A stretch of 64,000 nucleotides of DNA from Auanema rhodensis. Taxonomy: Eukaryota > Animalia > Nematoda. Made by a program: the position numbers and the translations under genes. The DNA lies in the NCBI GenBank assembly GCA_964057225.1, contig OZ059900.1:25916001-25980000 (forward strand). The letters run 5' to 3'. The notes beneath the pieces were generated by a model, which was not told the DNA's origin, did no database searches, and worked only from the letters and a program-made list of their open reading frames with translations. Shown piece by piece: positions 12,901 to 25,430 of the stretch. Every line of letters begins with the position of its first letter. Within the stretch, counting starts at the first letter, position 1.

Positions 12901-15416
12901 CATGGGAAATACTGTGTTTTTGTATTTTTCTAGTGTTCAGAATGTAGAATGCTTCATTTTGATATGTAAAACGCTGAAATTCGTTGCATTTGACGACTCA
13001 TATGAACAAAAATCGATTTTATCAATATTAGCCATAAGGGGCGTGCCCTCAGAATATGCTAATTTCCTTAATTTTCTAAACCCTGTTTTTTTGTCGTGAA
13101 AGTGGAACTAGACGTTGTACGAACAATTTTGAGCTAGGTTTCATTGACATTGCATGAGTTTGAACACATGAAATCGTAAGTCAAAACCTTGTTTACAGCG
13201 AAATTTCCAAAAACTGGTTTTCCAGCATAATACAATATTTCTCATGGGAAATACTGTGTTTTTGTATTTTTCTAGTGTTCAGAATGTAGAATGCTTCATT
13301 TTGATATGTAAAACGCTGAAATTCGTTGCATTTGACGACTCATATGAACAAAAATGGATTTAATCAATATTAGCCATAAGGGGCGTGCCCTCAGAATATG
13401 CTAATTTCCTTAATTTTCTAAACCCTGTTTTTTTGTCGTGAAAGTGGAACTAGACGTTGTACGAACAATTTTGAGCTAGGTTTCATTGACATTGCATGAG
13501 TTTGAACACATGAATTCGTAAGTCAAAACCTTGTTTACAGCGAAATTTCCAAAAACTGGTTTTCCAGCATAATAAAATATTTCTCATGGGAAAAACTGTG
13601 TTTTTGTATTTTTCTAGTGTTCAGCATGTAAAATGCTTCATTTTAGTATGTAACACACTGAAATTTGTTGCATTTGACGACTCATATGAACAAAAATTGA
13701 TTTAATCAATATTAGTCATAAGGGGCGTGCCCTCAGAATATGCTAATTTCCTTAATTTTCTAACCCCTGTTTTTTTGTCGTGAAAGTGGAACTAGACGTT
13801 ATACGAACAATTTTGAGCTAGGTTTCATTGACATTGCATGAGTTTGAACACATGAAATCGTAAGTCAAAACCTTGTTTACAGCGAAATTTCCAAAAACTG
13901 GTTTTCCAGCATAATAAAATATTTCTCATGGGAAATACTGTGTTTTTGTATTTTTCTAGTGTTCAGCATGTAAAATGCTTCATTTTAGTATGTAACACGC
14001 TGAAATTCGTTGCATTTGACGACTCATATGAACAAAAATCGATTTAATCAATATTAGCCATAAGGGGCGTGCCCTCAGAATATGCTAATTTCCTTAATTT
14101 TCTAACCCCTGTTTTTTTGTCGTGAAAGTGGAACTAGACGTTGTACGAACAATTTTGAGCTAGGTTTCATTGACATTGCATGAGTTTGAACACATGAAAT
14201 CGTAAGTCAAAACCTTGTTTACAGCGAAATTTCCAAAAACTGGTTTTCCAGCATAATAAAATATTTCTCATGGGAAATACTGTGTTTTTGTATTTTTCTA
14301 GTGTTCAGCATGTAAAATGCTTCATTTTAGTATGTAACACGCTGAAATTCGTTGCATTTGACGACTCATATGAACAAAAATTGATTTAATCAATATTAGT
14401 CATAAGGGGCGTGCCCTCAGAATATGCTAATTTCCTTAATTTTCTAACCCCTGTTTTTTTGTCGTGAAAGTGGAACTAGACGTTGTACGAACAATTTTGA
14501 GCTAGGTTTCATTGACATTGCATGAGTTTGAACACATGAAATCGTAAGTCAAAACCTTGTTTACAGCGAAATTTCCAAAAACTGGTTTTCCAGCATAATA
14601 AAATATTTCTCATGGGAAATACTGTGTTTTTGTATTTTTCTAGTGTTCAGCATGTAAAATGCTTCATTTTAGTATGTAACACGCTGAAATTCGTTGCATT
14701 TGACGACTCATATGAACAAAAATCGATTTAATCAATATTAGCCATAAGGGGCGTGCCCTCAGAATATGCTAATTTCCTTAATTTTCTAACCCCTGTTTTT
14801 TTGTCGTGAAAGTGGAACTAGACGTTGTACGAACAATTTTGAGCTAGGTTTCATTGACATTGCATGAGTTTGAACACATGAAATCGTAAGTCAAAACCTT
14901 GTTTACAGCGAAATTTCCAAAAACTGGTTTTCCAGCATAATAAAATATTTCTCATGGGAAATACTGTGTTTTTGTATTTTTCTAGTGTTCAGCATGTAAA
15001 ATGCTTCATTTTAGTATGTAACACGCTGAAATTCGTTGCATTTGACGACTCATATGAACAAAAATCGATTTAATCAATATTAGCCATAAGGGGCGTGCCC
15101 TCAGAATATGCTAATTTCCTTAATTTTCTAACCCCTGTTTTTTTGTCGTGAAAGTGGAACTAGACGTTGTACGAACAATTTTGAGCTAGGTTTCATTGAC
15201 CTTGCATGAGTTTGAACACATGAAATCGTAAGTCAAAACCTTGTTTACAGCGAAATTTCCAAAAACTGGTTTTCCAGCATAATAAAATATTTCTCATGGG
15301 AAATACTGTGTTTTTGTATTTTTCTAGTGTTTAGCATGTAAAATGCTTCATTTTAGTATGTAACACGCTGAAATTCGTTGCATTTGACGACTCATATGAA
15401 CAAAAATCGATTTAAT
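9945..15416. repeat. 8-mer HOR (2736 bp) x2
   Basis: Private variants are paired at +2736: GAATTC at 10776/13512, AAAATGGAT at ~10620/13356, GTTATAC at ~11065/13801, and ORFs at 10166/12902. Confidence 0.9.
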
Positions 15417-18400
15417 CAATATTAGCCATAAGGGGCGTGCCCTCAGAATATGCTAATTTCCTTAATTTTCTAACCCCTGTTTTTTTGTCGTGAAAGTGGA
15501 ACTAGACGTTGTACGAACAATTTTGAGCTAGGTTTCATTGACATTGCATGAGTTTGAACACATGAAATCGTAAGTCAAAACCTTGTTTACAGCGAAATTT
15601 CCAAAAACTGGTTTTCCAGCATAATAAAATATTTCTCATGGGAAATACTGTGTTTTTATATTTTTCTAGTGTTCAGCATGTGAAATGCTTTATTTTAGTA
15701 TGTAACACGCTGAAATTTGTTGCATTTGACGACTCATATGAACAAAAATCGATTTAATCAATATTAGCCATAAGGGGCGTGCCCTCAGAATATGCTAATT
15801 TCCTTAATTTTCTAACCCCTGTTTTTTTGTCGTGAAAGTGGAACTAGACGTTGTACGAACAATTTTGAGCTAGGTTTCATTGACATTGCATGAGTTTGAA
15901 CACATGCAATCGTAAGTCAAAACCTTGTTTACAGCGAAATTTCCAAAAACTGGTTTTCAAGCATAATAAAATATTTCTCATGGGAAATACTGTGTTTTTG
16001 TATTTTTCTAGTGTTCAGCATGTAAAATGCTTCATTTTAGTATGTAACACGCTGAAATTTGTTGCATTTGACGACTCATATGAACAAAAATCGATTTAAT
16101 CAATATTAGCCATAAGGGGCGTGCCCTCAGAATATGCTAATTTCCTTAATTTTCTAACCCCTGTTTTTTTGTCGTGAAAGTGGAACTAGACGTTGTACGA
16201 ACAATTTTGAGCTAGGTTTCATTGACATTGCATGAGTTTGAACACATGAAATCGTAAGTCAAAACCTTGTTTACAGCGAAATTTCCAAAAACTGGTTTTC
16301 CAGCATAATAAAATATTTCTCATGGGAAATACTGTGTTTTTGTATTTTTTTAGTGTTCAGCATGTAAAATGCGTCATGTTAGTATGTAAAACGCTGAAAT
16401 TCGTTGCATTTGACGACTCATATGAACAAAAATCGATTTTATCAATATTAGCCATAAGGGGCGTGCCCTCAGAATATGCTAATTTCCTTAATTTTCTAAC
16501 CCCTGTTTTTTTGTCGTGAAAGTGGAACTAGACGTTGTACGAACAATTTTGAGCTAGGTTTCATTGACATTGCATGAGTTTGAACACATGAAATCGTAAG
16601 TCAAAACCTTGTTTACAGCGAAATTTCCAAAAACTGGTTTTCCAGCATAATAAAATATTTCTCATGGGAAAAACTGTGTTTTTGTATTTTTCTAGTGTTC
16701 AGCATGTAAAATGCTTCATTTTAGTATGTAACACACTGAAATTTGTTGCATTTGACGACTCATATGAACAAAAATTGATTTAATCAATATTAGTCATAAG
16801 GGGCGTGCCCTCAGAATATGCTAATTTCCTTAATTTTCTAACCCCTGTTTTTTTGTCGTGAAAGTGGAACTAGACGTTGTACGAACAATTTTGAGCTAGG
16901 TTTCATTGACATTGCATGAGTTTGAACACATGAAATCGTAAGTCAAAACCTTGTTTACAGCGAAATTTCCAAAAACTGGTTTTCCAGCATAATAAAATAT
17001 TTCTCATGGGAAATACTGTGTTTTTGTATTTTTCTAGTGTTCAGCATGTAAAATGCTTCATTTTAGTATGTAACACGCTGAAATTCGTTGCATTTGACGA
17101 CTCATATGAACAAAAATCGATTTAATCAATATTAGCCATAAGGGGCGTGCCCTCAGAATATGCTAATTTCCTTAATTTTCTAACCCCTGTTTTTTTGTCG
17201 TGAAAGTGGAACTAGACGTTGTACGAACAATTTTGAGCTAGGTTTCATTGACATTGCATGAGTTTGAACACATGAAATCGTAAGTCAAAACCTTGTTTAC
17301 AGCGAAATTTCCAAAAACTGGTTTTCCAGCATAATAAAATATTTCTCATGGGAAATACTGTGTTTTTGTATTTTTCTAGTGTTCAGCATGTAAAATGCTT
17401 CATTTTAGTATGTAACACGCTGAAATTCGTTGCATTTGACGACTCATATGAACAAAAATCGATTTAATCAATATTAGCCATAAGGGGCGTGCCCTCAGAA
17501 TATGCTAATTTCCTTAATTTTCTAACCCCTGTTTTTTTGTCGTGAAAGTGGAACTAGACGTTGTACGAACAATTTTGAGCTAGGTTTCATTGACATTGCA
17601 TGAGTTTGAACACATGAAATCGTAAGTCAAAACCTTGTTTACAGCGAAATTTCCAAAAACTGGTTTTCCAGCATAATAAAATATTTCTCATGGGAAATAC
17701 TGTGTTTTTATATTTTTCTAGTGTTCAGCATGTGAAATGCTTTATTTTAGTATGTAACACGCTGAAATTTGTTGCATTTGACGACTCATATGAACAAAAA
17801 TCGATTTAATCAATATTAGCCATAAGGGGCGTGCCCTCAGAATATGCTAATTTCCTTAATTTTCTAACCCCTGTTTTTTTGTCGTGAAAGTGGAACTAGA
17901 CGTTGTACGAACAATTTTGAGCTAGGTTTCATTGACATTGCATGAGTTTGAACACATGCAATCGTAAGTCAAAACCTTGTTTACAGCGAAATTTCCAAAA
18001 ACTGGTTTTCAAGCATAATAAAATATTTCTCATGGGAAATACTGTGTTTTTGTATTTTTCTAGTGTTCAGCATGTAAAATGCTTCATTTTAGTATGTAAC
18101 ACGCTGAAATTTGTTGCATTTGACGACTCATATGAACAAAAATCGATTTAATCAATATTAGCCATAAGGGGCGTGCCCTCAGAATATGCTAATTTCCTTA
18201 ATTTTCTAACCCCTGTTTTTTTGTCGTGAAAGTGGAACTAGACGTTGTACGAACAATTTTGAGCTAGGTTTCATTGACATTGCATGAGTTTGAACACATG
18301 AAATCGTAAGTCAAAACCTTGTTTACAGCGAAATTTCCAAAAACTGGTTTTCCAGCATAATAAAATATTTCTCATGGGAAATACTGTGTTTTTGTATTTT

Positions 18401-19494
18401 TTTAGTGTTCAGCATGTAAAATGCGTCATGTTAGTATGTAAAACGCTGAAATTCGTTGCATTTGACGACTCATATGAACAAAAATCGATTTTATCAATAT
18501 TAGCCATAAGGGGCGTGCCCTCAGAATATGCTAATTTCCTTAATTTTCTAACCCCTGTTTTTTTGTCGTGAAAGTGGAACTAGACGTTGTACGAACAATT
18601 TTGAGCTAGGTTTCATTGACATTGCATGAGTTTGAACACATGAAATCGTAAGTCAAAACCTTGTTTACAGCGAAATTTCCAAAAACTGGTTTTCCAGCAT
18701 AATAAAATATTTCTCATGGGAAAAACTGTGTTTTTGTATTTTTCTAGTGTTCAGCATGTAAAATGCTTCATTTTAGTATGTAACACACTGAAATTTGTTG
18801 CATTTGACGACTCATATGAACAAAAATTGATTTAATCAATATTAGTCATAAGGGGCGTGCCCTCAGAATATGCTAATTTCCTTAATTTTCTAACCCCTGT
18901 TTTTTTGTCGTGAAAGTGGAACTAGACGTTGTACGAACAATTTTGAGCTAGGTTTCATTGACATTGCATGAGTTTGAACACATGAAATCGTAAGTCAAAA
19001 CCTTGTTTACAGCGAAATTTCCAAAAACTGGTTTTCCAGCATAATAAAATATTTCTCATGGGAAATACTGTGTTTTTGTATTTTTCTAGTGTTCAGCATG
19101 TAAAATGCTTCATTTTAGTATGTAACACGCTGAAATTCGTTGCATTTGACGACTCATATGAACAAAAATCGATTTAATCAATATTAGCCATAAGGGGCGT
19201 GCCCTCAGAATATGCTAATTTCCTTAATTTTCTAACCCCTGTTTTTTTGTCGTGAAAGTGGAACTAGACGTTGTACGAACAATTTTGAGCTAGGTTTCAT
19301 TGACATTGCATGAGTTTGAACACATGAAATCGTAAGTCAAAACCTTGTTTACAGCGAAATTTCCAAAAACTGGTTTTCCAGCATAATAAAATATTTCTCA
19401 TGGGAAATACTGTGTTTTTGTATTTTTCTAGTGTTCAGCATGTAAAATGCTTCATTTTAGTATGTAACACGCTGAAATTCGTTGCATTTGACGA
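15391..19494. repeat. 6-mer HOR (2052 bp) x2
   Basis: ORFs at 15890/17942 and 16322/18374. The TTTCAAGC variant is seen only in these two copies. Confidence 0.92.
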
Positions 19495-20178
19495 CTCATA
19501 TGAACAAAAATCGATTTAATCAATATTAGCCATAAGGGGCGTGCCCTCAGAATATGCTAATTTCCTTAATTTTCTAACCCCTGTTTTTTTGTCGTGAAAG
19601 TGGAACTAGACGTTGTACGAACAATTTTGAGCTAGGTTTCATTGACATTGCATGAGTTTGAACACATGAAATCGTAAGTCAAAACCTTGTTTACAGCGAA
19701 ATTTCCAAAAACTGGTTTTCCAGCATAATAAAATATTTCTCATGGGAAATACTGTGTTTTTGTATTTTTTTAGTGTTCAGCATGTAAAATGCGTCATTTT
19801 AGTATGTAAAACGCTGAAATTCGTTGCATTTGACGACTCATATGAACAAAAATCGATTTTATCAATATTAGCCATAAGGGGCGTGCCCTCAGAATATGCT
19901 AATTTCCTTAATTTTCTAACCCCTGTTTTTTTGTCGTGAAAGTGGAACTAGACGTTGTACGAACAATTTTGAGCTAGGTTTCATTGACATTGCATGAGTT
20001 TGAACACATGAAATCGTAAGTCAAAACCTTGTTTACAGCGAAATTTCCAAAAACAGGTTTTCCAGCATAATACAATATTTCTCATGGGAAATACTGTGTT
20101 TTTGTATTTTTCTAGTGTTCAGAATGTAGAATGCTTCATTTTAGTATGTAACACGCTGAAATTCGTTGCATTTGACGA

Positions 20179-22914
20179 CTCATATGAACAAAAATCGATT
20201 TAATCAATATTAGCCATAAGGAGCGTGCCCTCAGAATATGCTAATTTCCTTAATTTTCTAACCCCTGTTTTTTTGTCGTGAAAGTGGAACTAGACGTTGT
20301 ACGAACAATTTTGAGCTAGGTTTCATTGACATTGCATGAGTTTGAACACATGAAATCGTAAGTCAAAACCTTGTTTACAGCGAAATTTCCAAAAACTGGT
20401 TTTCCAGCATAATAAAATATTTCTCATGGGAAATACTGTGTTTTTGTATTTTTTTAGTGTTCAGCATTTAAAATGCGTCATTTTAGTATGTAAAACGCTG
20501 AAATTCGTTGCATTTGACGACTCATATGAACAAAAAGCGATTTAATCAATATTAGCCATAAGGGGCGTGCCCTCAGAATATGCTAATTTCCTTAATTTTC
20601 TAACCCCTGTTTTTTTGTCGTGAAAGTGGAACTAGACGTTGTACGAACAATTTTGAGCTAGGTTTCATTGACATTGCATGAGTTTGAACACATGAAATCG
20701 TAAGTCAAAACCTTGTTTACAGCGAAATTTCCAAAAACTGGTTTTCCAGCATAATAAAATATTTCTCATGGGAAATACTGTGTTTTTGTATTTTTTTAGT
20801 GTTCAGCATGTAAAATGCGTCATTTCAGTATGTAAAACGCTGAAATTCGTTGCATTTGACGACTCATATGAACAAAAAGCGATTTAATCAATATTAGCCA
20901 TAAGGGGCGTGCCCTCAGAATATGCTAATTTCCTTAATTTTCTAACCCCTGTTTTTTTGTCGTGAAAGTGGAACTAGACGTTGTACGAACAATTTTGAGC
21001 TAGGTTTCATTGACATTGCATGAGTTTGAACACATGCAATCGTAAGTCAAAACCTTGTTTACAGCGAAATTTCCAAAAACTGGTTTTCCAGCATAATAAA
21101 ATATTTCTCATGGGAAATACTGTGTTTTTGTATTTTTCTAGTGTTCAGCATGTAAAATGCTTCATTTTAGTATGTAACACGCTGAAATTTGTTGCATTTG
21201 ACGACTCATATGAACAAAAATCGATTTAATCAATATTAGCCATAAGGGGCGTGCCCTCAGAATATGCTAATTTCCTTAATTTTCTAACCCCTGTTTTTTT
21301 GTCGTGAAAGTGGAACTAGACGTTGTACGAACAATTTTGAGCTAGGTTTCATTGACATTGCATGAGTTTGAACAAATGAAATCGTAAGTCAAAACCTTGT
21401 TTACATCGAAATTTCCAAAAACTGGTTTTCCAGGATAATAAAATATTTCTCATGGGAAATACTGTGTTTTTGTATTTTTCTAGTGTTCAGCATGTAAAAT
21501 GCTTTATTTTAATATGTAACACGCTGAAATTCGTTGCATTTGACGACTCATATGAACAAAAATCGATTTAATCAATATTAGCCATAAGGGGCGTGCCCTC
21601 AGAATATGCTAATTTCCTTAATTTTCTAACCCCTGTTTTTTTGTCGTGAAAGTGGAACTAGACGTTGTACGAACAATTTTGAGCTAAGTTTCATTGACAT
21701 TGCATGAGTTTGAACACATGAAATCGTAAGTCAAAACCTTGTTTACATCGAAATTTCCAAAAACAGGTTTTCCAGCATAATAAAATATTTCTCATGGGAA
21801 ATACTGTGTTTTTGTATTTTTTTAGTGTTCAGCATTTAAAATGCGTCATTTTAGTATGTAAAACGCTGAAATTCGTTGCATTTGACGACTCATATGAACA
21901 AAAAGCGATTTAATCAATATTAGCCATAAGGGGCGTGCCCTCAGAATATGCTAATTTCCTTAATTTTCTAACCCCTGTTTTTTTGTCGTGAAAGTGGAAC
22001 TAGACGTTGTACGAACAATTTTGAGCTAGGTTTCATTGACATTGCATGAGTTTGAACACATGAAATCGTAAGTCAAAACCTTGTTTACAGCGAAATTTCC
22101 AAAAACTGGTTTTCCAGCATAATAAAATATTTCTCATGGGAAATACTGTGTTTTTGTATTTTTTTAGTGTTCAGCATGTAAAATGCGTCATTTCAGTATG
22201 TAAAACGCTGAAATTCGTTGCATTTGACGACTCATATGAACAAAAAGCGATTTAATCAATATTAGCCATAAGGGGCGTGCCCTCAGAATATGCTAATTTC
22301 CTTAATTTTCTAACCCCTGTTTTTTTGTCGTGAAAGTGGAACTAGACGTTGTACGAACAATTTTGAGCTAGGTTTCATTGACATTGCATGAGTTTGAACA
22401 CATGCAATCGTAAGTCAAAACCTTGTTTACAGCGAAATTTCCAAAAACTGGTTTTCCAGCATAATAAAATATTTCTCATGGGAAATACTGTGTTTTTGTA
22501 TTTTTTTAGTGTTCAGCATTTAAAATGCGTCATTTTAGTATGTAAAACGCTGAAATTTGTTGCATTTGACGACTCATATGAACAAAAATCGATTTAATCA
22601 ATATTAGCCATAAGGGGCGTGCCCTCAGAATATGCTAATTTCCTTAATTTTCTAACCCCTGTTTTTTTGTCGTGAAAGTGGAACTAGACGTTGTACGAAC
22701 AATTTTGAGCTAGGTTTCATTGACATTGCATGAGTTTGAACAAATGAAATCGTAAGTCAAAACCTTGTTTACATCGAAATTTCCAAAAACTGGTTTTCCA
22801 GCATAATAAAATATTTCTCATGGGAAATACTGTGTTTTTGTATTTTTCTAGTGTTCAGCATGTAAAATGCTTTATTTTAATATGTAACACGCTGAAATTC
22901 GTTGCATTTGACGA
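20179..22914. repeat. 4-mer HOR (1368 bp) x2
   Basis: The monomer order CATTTAAAA / TTTCAGTA / TGCAAT / AACAAATG is repeated. ORFs at 21020/22388. Confidence 0.85.
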
Positions 22915-25430
22915 CTCATATGAACAAAAATCGATTTAATCAATATTAGCCATAAGGGGCGTGCCCTCAGAATATGCTAATTTCCTTAATTTTCTAACCC
23001 CTGTTTTTTTGTCGTGAAAGTGGAACTAGACGTTGTACGAACAATTTTGAGCTAAGTTTCATTGACATTGCATGAGTTTGAACACATGAAATCGTAAGTC
23101 AAAACCTTGTTTACATCGAAATTTCCAAAAACTGGTTTTCCAGCATAATAAAATATTTCTCATGAGAAATACTGTGTTTTTGTATTTTTTTAATGTTCAG
23201 CATGTAAAATGCTTCATTTTGATATGTAAAACGCTGAAATTCGTTGCATTTGACGACTCATATGAACAAAAATCGATTTTATCAATATTAGCCATAAGGG
23301 GCGTGCCCTCAGAATATGCTAATTTCCTTAATTTTCTAACCCCTGTTTTTTTGTCGTGAAAGTGGAACTAGACGTTGTACGAACAATTTTGAGCTAGGTT
23401 TCATTGACATTGCATGAGTTTGAACACATGAAATCGTGAGTCAAAACCTTGTTTACAGCGAAATTTCCAAAAACTGGTTTTCCAGCATAATAAAATATTT
23501 CTCATGGGAAATACTGTGTTTTTGTATTTTTTTAGTGTTCAGCATGTAAAATGCGTCATTTTAGTATGTAAAACGCTGAAATTCGTTGCATTTGACGACT
23601 CATATGAACAAAAATCGATTTTATCAATATTAGCCATAAGGGGCGTGCCCTCAGAATATGCTAATTTCCTTAATTTTCTAACCCCTGTTTTTTTTGTCGT
23701 GAAAGTGGAACTAGACGTTGTACGAACAATTTTGAGCTAGGTTTCATTGACATTGCATGAGTTTGAACACATGAAATCGTAAGTCAAAACCTTGTTTACA
23801 GCGAAATTTCCAAAAACAGGTTTTCCAGCATAATACAATATTTCTCATGGGAAATACTGTGTTTTTGTATTTTTCTAGTGTTCAGAATGTAGAATGCTTC
23901 ATTTTAGTATGTAACACGCTGAAATTCGTTGCATTTGACGACTCATATGAACAAAAATCGATTTAATCAATATTAGCCATAAGGAGCGTGCCCTCAGAAT
24001 ATGCTAATTTCCTTAATTTTCTAACCCCTGTTTTTTTGTCGTGAAAGTGGAACTAGACGTTGTACGAACAATTTTGAGCTAGGTTTCATTGACATTGCAT
24101 GAGTTTGAACAAATGAAATCGTAAGTCAAAACCTTGTTTACATCGAAATTTCCAAAAACTGGTTTTCCAGCATAATAAAATATTTCTCATGGGAAATACT
24201 GTGTTTTTGTATTTTTCTAGTGTTCAGCATGTAAAATGCTTTATTTTAATATGTAACACGCTGAAATTCGTTGCATTTGACGACTCATATGAACAAAAAT
24301 CGATTTAATCAATATTAGCCATAAGGGGCGTGCCCTCAGAATATGCTAATTTCCTTAATTTTCTAACCCCTGTTTTTTTGTCGTGAAAGTGGAACTAGAC
24401 GTTGTACGAACAATTTTGAGCTAAGTTTCATTGACATTGCATGAGTTTGAACACATGAAATCGTAAGTCAAAACCTTGTTTACATTGAAATTTCCAAAAA
24501 CTGGTTTTCCAGCATAATAAAATATTTCTCATGAGAAATACTGTGTTTTTGTATTTTTTTAATGTTCAGCATGTAAAATGCTTCATTTTGATATGTAAAA
24601 CGCTGAAATTCGTTGCATTTGACGACTCATATGAACAAAAATCGATTTTATCAATATTAGCCATAAGGGGCGTGCCCTCAGAATATGCTAATTTCCTTAA
24701 TTTTCTAACCCCTGTTTTTTTGTCGTGAAAGTGGAACTAGACGTTGTACGAACAATTTTGAGCTAGGTTTCATTGACATTGCATGAGTTTGAACACATGA
24801 AATCGTGAGTCAAAACCTTGTTTACAGCGAAATTTCCAAAAACTGGTTTTCCAGCATAATAAAATATTTCTCATGGGAAATACTGTGTTTTTGTATTTTT
24901 TTAGTGTTCAGCATGTAAAATGCGTCATTTTAGTATGTAAAACGCTGAAATTCGTTGCATTTGACGACTCATATGAACAAAAATCGATTTTATCAATATT
25001 AGCCATAAGGGGCGTGCCCTCAGAATATGCTAATTTCCTTAATTTTCTAACCCCTGTTTTTTTTGTCGTGAAAGTGGAACTAGACGTTGTACGAACAATT
25101 TTGAGCTAGGTTTCATTGACATTGCATGAGTTTGAACACATGAAATCGTAAGTCAAAACCTTGTTTACAGCGAAATTTCCAAAAACAGGTTTTCCAGCAT
25201 AATACAATATTTCTCATGGGAAATACTGTGTTTTTGTATTTTTCTAGTGTTCAGAATGTAGAATGCTTCATTTTAGTATGTAACACGCTGAAATTCGTTG
25301 CATTTGACGACTCATATGAACAAAAATCGATTTAATCAATATTAGCCATAAGGAGCGTGCCCTCAGAATATGCTAATTTCCTTAATTTTCTAACCCCTGT
25401 TTTTTTGTCGTGAAAGTGGAACTAGACGTT
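22700..25430. repeat. 4-mer HOR (1369 bp, includes a +T insertion) x2
   Basis: ORFs at 23162/24531 and 23504/24873. The AATCGTGAG, T8-tract and GGAGCG markers are paired at +1369. Confidence 0.9.
23154..23171. other. Perfect 18-bp palindrome TATTTCTCA|TGAGAAATA (first of ~36 copies; one-mismatch form in consensus monomers)
   Basis: Read directly: the reverse complement of TATTTCTCA is TGAGAAATA. Consensus monomers carry TGGGAAATA. Confidence 0.95.
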
